Shown: piece by piece, positions 51,886-64,000 of the stretch
How positions within the stretch are numbered: position 1 is the first letter of the stretch
Layout: the number at the start of each line of letters is the position of its first letter
From: Epiperipatus broadwayi
Lineage: Eukaryota; Animalia; Onychophora
Assembly: GCA_028023455.1 (NCBI GenBank)
Contig: JAQFVV010000004.1
Coordinates: 23,808,001-23,872,000 of the forward strand
Length of the DNA: 64,000 nt
Reading direction: 5' to 3'
Made by a program: the position numbers and the translations under genes
The notes under the pieces: generated by a model
Seen by the model: the letters and a program-made list of their open reading frames with translations, nothing else
Told to the model about the DNA's origin: nothing
Database searches by the model: none

Positions 51886-52332
51886 AATATATATATATGT
51901 AATGTTGACGATTAAACCTTAAAAGTAATTATTATTATTAACGATTATATAAGACAATACTATTGTACTTTTAGTGTTAAAAAACAGCTGCAGCATATAA
52001 ATAAAGTTAAAACCTCATAGAAATTTGTTTTTAATTGACAAACAAATAATGTGACTAATTGCAGGCAAAGTAGCAATCAGTTTATCCATTTAGCGTTAGG
52101 CATAAGTTTCTATATAATTTTAGTGTTATGTATATATAGTAATTAGAGGAACCTTCACTCGCAATATCTACACACTGAATATAAAATAATTTGCTTTTTT
52201 TCTAAAAATATGATAAAACTTCATACAAGTTTGTTCTAAGAATTTACATATGTATGAACTCAATAAACACCCTATAAAATAAATGTTTTTTTGTTTGTTT
52301 TTTTACATTTAAAATGAAATCATAATTCTTAC

Positions 52333-52513
52333 CTTTAATAGTAATGTTCCAGGAATAAATCGTTTCATTAGTGACTGAGCATGAGCTACTTCAATGCCAT
52401 CACTACCAATTGATGCTCTAACCGTTATTTGAGGATCGCTATCCAAAAGATTAACAAAAACTCGATAAATCTGACCAGGCTTAATAAATCTTGATGCAAG
52501 GATGAAATAGGTT
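52333..52513 (-). CDS. Mcr: Internal exon of a macroglobulin complement-related (Mcr/TEP6, CD109-like) gene, N-terminal MG1 domain
   Basis: ttttatag|A...AAG|gtaaga, 60 codons: TYFILASRFIKPGQIYRVFVNLLDSDPQITVRASIGSDGIEVAHAQSLMKRFIPGTLLLK. This closely resembles the Drosophila Mcr segment TYFIVASRMARPGLIYQVSV...VHASIACDG...IPETLLMR as recalled; no database search was run. Confidence 0.8.
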
Positions 52514-52617
52514 CTATAAAAAAAAATTATAAAAATGTAAAATTTCTATATATGTGTGTGTAATGTTTTAATTAAAATATATTATAAATGCACATATATT
52601 GTAACAGAATAAAGTTT

Positions 52618-52944
52618 AAACCACTAAACATCACATGATCTATATGACTATATAAGTTAATGAGCTTGGTTTGAAAATATTGTGTTTTCAATTTTATTCT
52701 CATAATTTTATAGTTAAATAGATATAAAAGATGGCTGATGGAGGGTTGCATTAGATCCTAAGATCTAGGTGCAGTGCTCTGAGATCCAAGGCTCCTCACT
52801 GATGAGGGCCACAATCTAGAAACTAGTCTGGAGATATTGGATGAGTAGGCACTAGATAGGGATTTTATGCACAAGCCTTCTGGCATCCATTGATTACTCT
52901 GGCTTGCACTGAGTGGCACTACTATATGGAGAGTTTTGCATGTT
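52618..52944 (+). mobile_element. Family A insertion with a short inverted 3' end
   Basis: 12-bp TSD agaataaagttt (52606-52617 / 52945-52956). aaaccactaaacatcacatgatc (minus-sense 3' end) is joined to a plus-sense body. Confidence 0.88.
52793..52834 (+). ncRNA. Hammerhead motif, family A (stem II weakened)
   Basis: tcctca-CTGATGA-gggccacaatcta-GAAA-CTAGTC-tggaga. Confidence 0.65.
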
Positions 52945-53984
52945 AGAATAAAGTTTGTGTTAGGCTCTTATTTAATAGCTCCATAGATTTGGGTGGCATT
53001 TTTAACAGACTAAAAATGAACAAAGAAAGAATAAGTCCTGGTTTAATAACACCTCATGAATTGTGATGACATTTGCAACACAATAAAACTGTAGCTCATC
53101 TGTTGATCACCATTTGTGATAGATTGGAAATAAAGACAATAATAATGGAATAATACTGTCTTATAAGTAATAATGTCTGTCCAACATATAATAATATATA
53201 ATAATATAGGATGAGGATGGTAAATTTTAGTATTACTCATGAATTGACTCTGTTTATTAAGATATAAGCCTATCCTAAATGTTAAACACTATTTATAACT
53301 GAATAAAATGATTCATAAATGGATAAAAATAAGAAATGAAAACTTTAGTGTAATCTGCAAACTTAACACACGAATTGTAACTATGTAAAGTATAACCCAA
53401 TAATTGATCACTAATTCTAACTAAAAAAATGAAAATAATGCAAATAAAATGAAAATAAAAATAATACTATCAAAGTAATAATATCTCAACACAGTAATAT
53501 GTCTGTATTAAATATATCAATTGTAATGGAATGAAAGATTCAATGATAATAAAAGTCTTTGTTAACCTATAGATTTATGTATATTATTCCATTCTTAATA
53601 AAATAAATAAAATTTTCTCTTTTAAAATGCTATAAATTCATAACATTAAATTGTAACAGAATAAAATATCTCAGTAATAAACTATAATAAAATACAATAC
53701 CCAAAACTGATTAATCTAGCATGTCTCATCTACTTCACCAATTTACAATAATATAGATTAATATCAACTCACTAAATAAACTTAAAGTTTATAACATCTG
53801 ATCATGATAACATGAACTAAATGAAAGATTCTTATTTGATACTTATACAAATACTATTAACAAATCATAACAAATTATCCTTCAAATCAATAAAGCTAAG
53901 TTACTTAACTTTAAATTTATAAATCAGCATTTATTTTTTATAGCATCTGTATACAATTGTAATCACATTTATATCGGCTTTTTC

Positions 53985-54177
53985 AAACCAAATTGTGCAA
54001 ACGCTTTTTGCGAGTGTTAAATAATAAATGAATACCCTCTGACCCATACAAGATATAGAATTTATGCAGCAATAAAAGGAATCCTTTTATTGCTGCATAA
54101 ATTCTATATCTTGTATGGGTCAGAGGGTATTCATTTATTATTTAACACTCGCAAAAAGCGTTTGCACAATTTGGTTT
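53985..54177. repeat. Perfect 193-bp palindrome (96-bp arms, 1-nt centre at 54081)
   Basis: aaaccaaattgtgc...aataaaagga|a|tccttttatt...gcacaatttggttt. The arm sequence resembles a dispersed repeat at ~3385-3495. Confidence 0.95.
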
Positions 54178-57100
54178 AACTTTAAATTATAATTACCCTA
54201 ATATGTCAATTATTACTAATAATCTATTATAATCAAATGTTAATATCAAAGCTTAGTATTTAAATTAAATTTATGATCTATATCGATGTGCATTAAATTT
54301 AATCAAAGTAAATCATTCTATTTAATAGGATTGAAATATCAATTTCAATATATGCCATTACAAATTTTATAATATAATAAGATTATCATCTTTATAACTA
54401 AATACTAAATTGCTTTAACATTTTATCCAATGAATAATAGTCTAAAAGAATATGCAGATATTCCACTGTAACCACCTTTACTTATTCCAAACAATTAATA
54501 TATTTGTAATTTATAAACTATCAAACTAGCTCAGATATAAATGTCTATATTAAAATAACTATTGCATATAATTAACAAAATAATTAGGATAATCTGCTAA
54601 TTACTTATTAAATATCTAGCAATACCAAATCAATCAATTTATTATTATATAAAATGAATACCTGGTTCAAATGATAATATACTGGATTTACAATACAGAA
54701 AATAATAAGTAATTGTACAAACACTAATTCAATCACTTAATTCCAAAACTGTCTTATGAGTATTTATTATAAACTATATGATGTAAGTCAATACATGACT
54801 ATTATCTGTCAAAATATTATTACTCAATAGGTTTATATTATAAACTGAATGACAACTAAAGCAAATATACTTGTTTTAAATTAATTAAAAATTTATTAAC
54901 AATAAATATATATATAAAAATGACAAATAGACAATAGTCATTTGAAACATATACTATAATTAAATCTTGACATATATTCTCCATTGAAATTAATATTAAT
55001 AAAATAAGTGTTTATACATTAAAATTCACCTATATAATGTTTAATTTATAATATATATATATGTGAAATAAAAAAATGTGGCACATATACATTCTTTGAA
55101 ATAAAAGAAAACTAATGACACTTTTCTAATCTTCATAATAAAATTATTAATTAAAATGAAATATAATAATCATAGGTTTATTTATTCATTCATTTTACTT
55201 TTCAAATAAAATCCCAATGAATAATTATTATGATATAGTTCTTTTAGATTTTGAATACTTATAAGATGCATATTCAAAAATAATTTGCAGTTAACAAATA
55301 AGATAATATTTTAAATAAATTTTACTTGCCAAAATTTAAGATATAAATTTAAATTAATGTTAACTTCCTTTTATTTCACATATATAAAAACAATTAATTA
55401 TCTAACTTAAGATGTAGCAATCAATTATATTTATAAGTATTATATAATTAATGATGTGATTCTAATCATCATCATTCTGTATAGTATTTAAAAGTAGCAC
55501 AATAGTTCCAATGTTTATTCTGAGAGCCATAATTTAATGATATTTATTAATCTAATTCAAGTAAAAGTATCAAAAACAGTTATCCCCATAATATGTATTT
55601 CATTAATTCCATATATTTTCCCCAAGTATTACATTTTATCCTTCATTTTGCAGGTATTTAATATTATAATGGGATTATGAATGAACAGATGCCAATCTCT
55701 ATTTTGATTTAAATCCTGAGTTCAAACACTTCACTGATATTATAAAGTAATATCTGCAAATGAAAGCAATTCTCATATACAACATTACATTGTTAGCTTT
55801 TATATTTCATTATTAAAACATTTTGTTCACATGTGATATCCATTTTTAGTAGGAAATTATTAAGGGAACTTTGAATGCTATAAATTACTTCCTCATTTCT
55901 TTAACAAATTTTCAATATAACCCTTCTTATTCCATTATTTTTATAGTTAATAAGTAAATACTTTTAAAATAAATATAAAAAAATATGAAAGTGGTTTAGG
56001 TTTGCATCCATGAAGACCATAACATTGTTCAATCCCTTGTATAACCTTTTATAATTGATTTCATTAAAATCAAGGTTACACACTTTATTTATACTCTTAT
56101 ACTGAAATCACTCTGCATTCCATGTTTAAATTATTTTTACAACAATAATAATAAAATGGAAAAAATGTTACAAACATTACACATATAATAAATAATATTC
56201 ACATTTTAAAATACAAACAATATTCTTTTAATTCAACACAAAGTAAAACAATTTACAGCATATTCTCACCTTACTGCCCTGGAAATATATATATTCCCAA
56301 AACAATTTTACATATATCATATAAATAATAACAAATATCTTTAAGACATTAAACATTCATGTGTATTGTTTATAATCTATTATTCATGAATGCAATAACC
56401 AAAATACATAAAATAAAGAAACAATAACTTTATTAAAAACTATAAATTTAATTATTTATATATGCATTTTAAATTAATAATATTAATTTATAATTTTATG
56501 TTGCAATAATAATAATAATTCAGTTTTTGCTTTAATATTTCATTGCCATAGTAAGTTATTTTAATGCTCTTGAGGCTAATACATTCTTTATTAAAATCAA
56601 CTAAGAATAATATATATACACTTGACATTTCCATCACATACTGAACTTACACAAAATTTCAGTTGGCACAATATATATATATAATTAATTTAATAGTTTA
56701 ATTGATTGTTATATAAAATTGGAAAAAAGATTTGCAATTTTACTTTAATTAAAGAGAAATGATGCATGTGATAATAATAGGGTTGTTAATCTGTTTAGCT
56801 TTTGTATTAATAAGAAGGTTTAAAAATTCTTAGTAAAAATTGTTGTTGTTGTTGTTGTGCCATCTTATAGTGGGAATGTTTCTATTTCAGGAATCAGGTG
56901 CTTTTAGAAATAAATTAATAGCTAATAATATAATAATCCTCTCAAAGAAAATCAAAGTGATATAGACATATGCTAATAGATATATGATTTTATAAGTAAA
57001 GTTGAAAAAAAATTAAAAATCCATGTTAGGGATAAAATTAATTAGTATTATAATGAAAAGTTAAAATTATTTTATATAGCAGCTTATTACATGGTTATTT

Positions 57101-58119
57101 TAAAGATTATAGAATTCCTAAAATATTTTTGATTATGTTAAGATTCATATATTTGATAATATGGATATATATATATATCAGTAAGTTAATAGAGTGAAAA
57201 GTATTCATGTGATTATTAGCACATTATCTATGAAGGTGTTATAATATATAGACGCTCTAGAGTTAGATTATAAGAGTTTTTTAATAATTTGAATAGCTTT
57301 GATTCCTGTATTAAATTTGCTATAGAAGCATATAATTTGAAATTTAATAGATTAAAAGTTAAATTTATTAATTTATAAGGGATAACAAGGAAGGGATTAA
57401 ATAAACTAATTATCTTGCATACAATTTCCTTACTACCCAACAAATAATTTTTTGTTTAACAATGTACAATTAGAGATACTAAAAAAATAATAAATTCGCA
57501 TTTTTATTTTTAATTTCATCATTTGAATGAACTTTTTTTTTTTTTTAACATATAAAATATAAAACTGTCTTTTATGGAATATAGAAAAACTATTACAATT
57601 ATTTAATTTTTCAGTTTTTAAACAAAAATTAAATAATGCTGGAGATATATATTATATTTCTTATAAAAAAACAAACATAAACAATCTTCTTAAATGTAAA
57701 CAAACTGAAATGATAATAAAATTCATAAATGGCACTTTGAAGATTTGATATCATTATAACATAATTAATCTGATATAACTTCTAATTACAGTGCAGGAAA
57801 TCACTGTGCTACGAAGGAGAAATGCTTAATTTGATATAATCTTTCTCTCTCTAGTTTACATATAAATTTTAAAAAAGCATAATTTTATTTATGTATTTAG
57901 AAGTTATAAACAATATCTTTTGACATAAACAAATTAAAGTGATTATAAAATTCATAGATGAAATTTTGGAGATTTGACTTGATTTAATTTTTTTGATTAT
58001 CATTAATTTAATGTAAGCTTTCCAATTCTAACTTTCATGAAAATTACAAAGGCATGAATAAACTTTCTCTAATAAAAGTTATAAGTAAAATTTTCATAAA
58101 ATAATAATTTCTTTTACAA

Positions 58120-58480
58120 ATATAATAGATAGGGTATGAGCACAGACTTTCACATGACCCACTACTCTCCACACTATCTCATAACTCTGATACACTTGAA
58201 CACACATATGTTGAAAAGATAAATAATCACCAATAGACATATTTCATGCTAAACCAGCAATCATCAGTTGGTCCAGATTACCATCTCTACACATATATGC
58301 TACAAGTGCTCAGATATATATTAAGATAGCAAATCCTCCTACTTTAATGGACAGGCTTCAATCTATTCCACACTCCAACTCTTCAACCGTCCATCCAATT
58401 GAAAATCTGATCAGAGTTATGAGATAGTGTGGAGAGTGGTGGGTCTTGTGAAAGTCTGTGCTCATACCCTGTCTATTACA
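58120..58480. mobile_element. Family C-related insertion with ~70-bp outward-pointing inverted 3' ends
   Basis: 58190-58400 aligns with 18045-18270. The arms 58120-58190 and ~58407-58479 are reverse complements. Confidence 0.8.
58229..58272 (-). ncRNA. Hammerhead motif, family C
   Basis: accaa-CTGATGA-t-tgct(ggttt)agca-t-GAAA-tatgtc-TA-ttggt. Stem I is 5 bp and stem II is 4 bp. Confidence 0.7.
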
Positions 58481-59402
58481 TATATAGACACAGGAATATA
58501 TAAGCCTGTGTATTTCAGCTTTTACAAATATAAAAAGCATAAATAATTTTATTTGATGTAAATAAATCAAAGTAATATAACTTCCAATAACAGCACTGAA
58601 ATATTCTCATTTGATCATTGCTACTTACATCTACTCATATAAATTTAAAAAGCACAAATAATTTTTCCCAAAGTAAAAACTGTAATCAACTATTTAAGAA
58701 AATAAGAAATCTTATGTATGGACATTTTTTTTGTAAAGTATATATAATATTTTCAATTTTAAAAATATAAATAAACAAGTAAATGAACCAAAGTAATAAC
58801 TAAGCATTATACAATGTGATAAATGAGACACTATTATAGCACTCATTGGAACATTTAATTTCATTATATAAATTTCAAATTGAACAAGAAAATGTTCACT
58901 GTACAATTTGTTTGCTCTAGAAGTACGAGCATTATATCACCATTCCTCAAGCTTATAGATGATGGCTCAGGGATGGGGTGAAAAGAACTATTCTTTTTAT
59001 AAAATTTATAATGAGGTCAATATTCTTCCTAAATAATTATTAATTTGGTAATTTGTTTTTTATTGTTCTATTTTGTCTTTCTATTTGTTTACATTTTCTT
59101 TAATCTCTTATTACTTCTATCAATATTGGACAGTAATACAGAATAATATTGTAGCAGTTCATCATGGTCACATTAATATCAAAATATCATTTCACAGCTT
59201 CTTAGGAAAACACTTATAAACTACTCCCATATAGTAATTGAACAAGCCATAGAATTCATGATTATCAAAAGTTAATATTAATATGACAGTTCTAATAATA
59301 AAATATGTAAAAAAAAACCAATGCTGTCATTTTATATAAGTTAAAATTCTACTTAAAATATATGTTGCTGTTTTAGAAATTTATTTTTTAATTCCTTATG
59401 TA

Positions 59403-60345
59403 CACCTGGGTCTTGTTTTATGCGGATTATTTTAATGCGATTTTGAAGTTATGCGATTCATATTTTTTCTTAACATCTTTCACTATATTTATTAGATATC
59501 AAGAAATTTAAATTATTAATAACATATTTTCACTTGAAATACTTTTTTCCCCCAAAAATATAATGTTATATTAGCAGCTAAGGTGAATATGGCCTGAAGC
59601 TGTATTTAGAACTTAGCTTCTATGTAAATAGCCTATTTATACTAATGAGTAAATAATAATAATAGATTTATATTTACATATAAAAATATCGCAATAAATA
59701 TTCAAAAAATTTAAACTTTTAAAACGTATTGTTATATATAACAGAAATAAATAATATTTTAGATTTTTAAAATAAAAAACGAAGATTTTATAAACTGAAA
59801 ATAATCTTTCTAATGATAATGTTTTGATTGCGATCTTATTTTTTTAATATAGAAACAGAAAACCATTAACACAACACAAGACTGAAAATGGCACTAGTTG
59901 TACATCACATCACGAATGAAAATAAAGTGGCTTAACAGGTTTCTCTGTGGATAATTGCTGAGATTCTTGACTTCGTTTAAGGAGAAGCCATAATACACCA
60001 CATCTCATCGAATCTGATTTCTCACCAGTTACAAATGAACGCTAGCGGTAATGATTAAAATATGTATGAAAAATGTAAAATTAAACACTGTAGTAATAAA
60101 AAAGTTTGTCTTGTATTAATATTTTTCAAATATTTGAAATTTTTTATTAGTCATACTTTATTTGCTTATTTTTTTAATGCGAATTTTAAAGTAATTTTTC
60201 TTTATTGCTTTGCTTTTATGCGAATTCTGAAAATTACAACCCCTATCCCCCATTTTTCAAGATAAATTAAGTCTATTTTTGTGTGATTTTTTTTAATGCG
60301 AGTTTTCTGTGGAACCTATCTACTGCATAAAATGAGACCCAGGTG
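59403..60345. mobile_element. pogo/Tigger-like (Tc1/mariner) non-autonomous element
   Basis: 22-bp TIR cacctgggtcttgttttatgcg / tgcataaaatgagacccaggtg, flanked by TA on both sides. Confidence 0.85.
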
Positions 60346-61074
60346 TATAATTAATGTGAAATTTTTTTACATTTAAATGAAATTATCATTAGAAAGCTTG
60401 CTGACTTTCATTAATTCTAAATGTATCACTTCCATAATATTTGAATATAATTAAATATAAAAGTAAAGATAAGCCAAGGGCTTAACACTCTTAGAAATAA
60501 ACTGCATGCTCAATGGTGATAATGGCATATATCATTATAATTGCATTTCTATTTTTAAGTCTATTTATCCAACTAATACAGATTACATTAGGATCTTTAT
60601 CTTCTAAATAATAATTATATATATATATACACACACACACTGACTAATATTGGACATCTAATTGAATTGAGTAAGAGTTGGCCATTTGAAGAAAAATCAC
60701 TCATTAGTTATGTGAAAAAAATTCCAGTTTATCCAGTCAGGATTCAAAATCAAGTTAGTGTCACAAGATCCATTGAATAAAAATACATGAAAATAATATT
60801 AACTTTTGGAAATTTTAAATGTAAACTCCAAATATAATATCTCAAAGTTTCACCAGAATGAAATATAAAGTTTTTTTTTTGGTACTTATGAGTTTTCATG
60901 TAAACCAAGATGGCAGCCGATATTTTTGATAAATGTACAGTTTCAAGTGCCTATAATCTACTGAAGATGTGTTAGTTATTAAATTAAAACAAAACTAATA
61001 AATTGATTGTTGAATTTTAAAAAAGTGTTTTTTTGTTGGCAGTTTTTTTTTTTTTTGGTAAATTGTCATAATAA

Positions 61075-61200
61075 TAAAAATTTGGGATCTTTCTGTCACA
61101 GAACATGATGCAGTGGACTATTTCCAAAGGTATGGGATCCTGCCCTCCCAAAAGGTGAGCATTGAAAGTCACAATATGATTACATGCTGTCAACATGAAT
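61075..61200 (+). mobile_element. Possible Merlin (IS1016-like) transposase N-terminal remnant
   Basis: KIWDLSVTEHDAVDYFQRYGILPSQK...HNM resembles the Merlin N-terminal W.L..TE..AV.F.Q..GILP...C..GH.M pattern, recalled from memory. Confidence 0.45.
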
Positions 61201-62349
61201 AAACTGTAAATATTGTAATTAATTTTTTCATGGTGATTTCTTTTTTTAAAATAATAGTAATAAAAAATAAAATGTAAATATGAAATACAATATTTCCTAG
61301 CAGACATTTTTTGTAAACATTTTTAGGGAATATCTGAAACTGTAGATTTATCAAAAATACTTGAATAGCAAACTTCCATTTAAATAAAAATGACAAATAT
61401 CATATACTTTATATACTTTGATAATTAAAAAAGAATATCAATGAGATTTTAAAAAGCAATATGTATATTTATTATGTAATTTGAGTTTACATTATCTACA
61501 TAAACATTTTGTTAGTTTATTTCTTTTATTTTAATTCTAAGATTATTTAAAATTAAAACAGTTTACTTTGTTATTAACATGGTTTTTACTAACACCTCAT
61601 AATACATATTTTAACAAATGATGATGTATTAAAAATTATTTTATTTTATCTTGCAGCAAAATTTTAATTTTTTTTTTATTCTTAGTATGATAAAGTTAAT
61701 GATATATAGATATATTAATAAAAGTATATAGTCTTCTATGATGACAATAAAAAAAACTTGTATTGATAAATTTATTTGTTAACATTTTATTTACTGCATA
61801 CATTTCAAAAATAAATTTTAAACATAAAATATTAAATTGTTAAAAGTATAGTATGCATGTATGTGGATTTTATATATTTCGAGATAATTCAAAAAGCATT
61901 ATATTTTATGTATTCAATATATTACTTTAAAATAATTAATTTATTTTAAATGGCTATTTAAAAGTTGATTATAATATATAGAATAGATAAATATAAAGAG
62001 ATGTCTATTTTGTTTTTTAAATATATTTTGTTTCAAAATAACAATCAACCCTTAAGATAGGACCAATCTCATCCTGTAGTCAAGAAAACATCTTTTAACA
62101 ATAAAGATGTTATCACCTTTAACTATGGTATGAAATATTTATATAGACATTAAAGATTGCATTTTGCCAAGGAATGTGATATTAAACTAATAAACATCAC
62201 ATGACTACCAGCTCTTATGCTTGTGTATAACTGTTGTTAAAACAGGCAAAACTCACTATATATATTGCCACACACAGCAAGCTAAAGTAATCAATGGATG
62301 CCAGAAGGCTTGTGCATAAAATCCCCATCTAGTGCCTACTCATCCAATA

Positions 62350-62391
62350 TCCCAAGACTAGTTTCTGCCTTATGGCCTTCATCAGTGAGGA
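62350..62391 (-). ncRNA. Minimal type I hammerhead motif, family A
   Basis: tcctca-CTGATGA-ag-gcc(ataa)ggc-a-GAAA-CTAGTC-ttggga. Confidence 0.75.
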
Positions 62392-62751
62392 GCCTTGGAT
62401 CTGAGAGCACTGCAACTAGATCTTAGGATCTAATGCAACCCTCCAGCAACCACCTTTTATCTCCATTTAACTACAAAATTTATGAGATTTAAACTGAAAA
62501 CACCTTAATGTTTTCAATCCAAGCCCATTAGCTTATATAGTCATATGGGTCTGAACCCAGTTCAGTACCCATACATTTTGGTGTCTTTGGTTCTTTAATA
62601 ACCATAGCCACCAATATCCTATTAGGCAGCATTGGTTTTAAGCCAATAAACATCACATGACCAACAGCTCTTATGCTTGTGTATAACTGTTGTTAAAACA
62701 GGCAAAACTCACTATATATATATTGCGACACACAGCAAGCAGATCCAAGGC

Positions 62752-62793
62752 TCCTCACTAATGAAGGCCATAAGCCAGAAATTAGTCTGGGGA
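62752..62793 (+). ncRNA. Hammerhead motif, family A, core mutated
   Basis: tcctca-CTAATGA-a-ggc(cataa)gcc-a-GAAA-TTAGTC-tgggga. Confidence 0.55.
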
Positions 62794-63199
62794 TATTGGA
62801 TGAGTAGGCAATAGATGGGGATTTTATGCACAAGCCTTCTGGCATCTATTGATTACTGTAGCTTGCTGTGTGTGGCAATATATAGAATGTGATATTAGTA
62901 ATGCAAAAAAGTTTAAACAAACCTCATTAATCAGGCAAATAAAATGTGTTCTGAAAGCAGAGTAATAAATAATCAATTATAACTTCCAGATTCTAAAAGC
63001 AGATTAATAGTCATTTATAACTACAAATTTCCCCATAGAGTATATATTTACTAAGACAATACAGCCAATTACTCAAGGCTTTAATAGGTTTAGAAATATA
63101 GGTGATAACAATCAATCCTTAAGTTATCAACAATTGCAACTTGTTTTAGTTTATAAATTATGTTCGTTTTTATTGTTTTTAAAACATATTGTAATTTTT

Positions 63200-63295
63200 T
63201 TTATATATACGTCAAAGCATCAGCTGGGAAGTGAACCCAGGACAATGGCTTGGAAGGCTGCTATGCTAAGCACTAGGCCACCAACGCTTGACAAT
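63200..63295 (-). mobile_element. tRNA-Gly(TCC)-derived mini-SINE or retro-pseudogene, copy 5
   Basis: 71-nt body 63217-63287 GCGTTGGTGG...GCCTTCCAAGC...GGGTTCACTTCCCAGCTGATGC. 14-bp TSD atattgtaattttt (63186-63199 / 63296-63309). Confidence 0.85.
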
Positions 63296-64000
63296 ATATT
63301 GTAATTTTTTATTTTTATAATGTTTTAAAAAGATATTTTAACATCATGAATGCTGGTGTGTTTGAAAAAGAACATTTGTAGAGTAGTCAAATGGATAAAT
63401 TTGATTCTTAATTGAAAAAAACCTATAGAAATGAGTGAAACTTCAGTTTATAACAAGTATGACATCATTGAGACAAAACTATTTAAATCCTTGATCTTAG
63501 ATTATATTTTTATTTCAATGGATAAACAACACTGAATTAGTGCATGTATATAAATACATTTATTTAGCATTTTAAAAAGAATAAGATGATGTAAAAATAT
63601 TACAAATACCTATGTAAAAAGTTCCTAGTCTTTTGAAAATCTACGGATAACATTTAATATTGGAGAATTAATCTTATAATGATAAATAAGGTAATAACAA
63701 ATTTGGACACTACAATATAGGTTTACTAGGATATTCTGAGGAAGTTAATAAATAATATTACTGCTATTTAAATACTTCCTGAATGCAGTGTCATTGTAAA
63801 ATGTTGAGAAAAAAATATTTGATTAAAATTGCAAAACCAATCAAAAAATAATTTTATGGAATTTGCTGATGGATCAACATGGAAAAGCCAGAAAAGTCTC
63901 CATGAGAATTGTCAAAAGAAATGTATGGAAGATTTTTAAACTGTCAAATGTATAGATATTTTATTTTGATTATATAAAATAAATGTTGTTTCCAATGAAG

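Larger units (their letters stand above)
62185..62884 (-). mobile_element. Family A insertion: 1.2 tandem units (456-bp period) plus an inverted piece
   Basis: 13-bp TSD gaatgtgatatta (62172-62184 / 62885-62897). taaacatcacatgac at 62191 and 62647. Orientation flips at 62740/62741. Confidence 0.92.

Noticed and set aside
63217-63287. Functional tRNA-Gly(TCC) gene
   Set aside because: Has a TSD and tail, stem mismatches and a degraded B box (GTTCACT); it is a retroposed copy.

Overview
AT-rich, CpG-depleted eukaryotic DNA, arthropod-like by inference, that is mostly intronic or intergenic and full of decayed transposons. The only confidently recognisable host coding piece is one minus-strand exon of a macroglobulin-complement-related (Mcr/TEP6/CD109-like) gene at 52333-52513. 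Weaker candidate exons of an unidentified minus-strand gene lie at 0.4-2.3 kb. Mobile DNA includes a full-length but frameshifted L1/Tx1-like retrotransposon with a 15-bp TSD (24188-30081), RTE remnants, hAT, pogo and Merlin remnants or MITEs, and five copies of a ~90-100 bp tRNA-Gly-derived mini-SINE. The most striking signal, not shown by the ORF track, is a set of non-coding ~300-500 bp repeat units. At least three unrelated families carry minimal type I hammerhead ribozyme motifs: family A (10.6, 38.9, 45.5, 52.6, 62.2 kb), family C (17.9-19.5, 58.1 kb) and a single motif G (48.9 kb). Families A and C are inserted as partial-tandem plus inverted copies, with 12-14 bp TSDs at four family A loci. 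This looks like a Penelope-like/retrozyme-type non-autonomous system. Family A has a conserved non-canonical core variant. All alignments were done by eye; no folding or database search was run.
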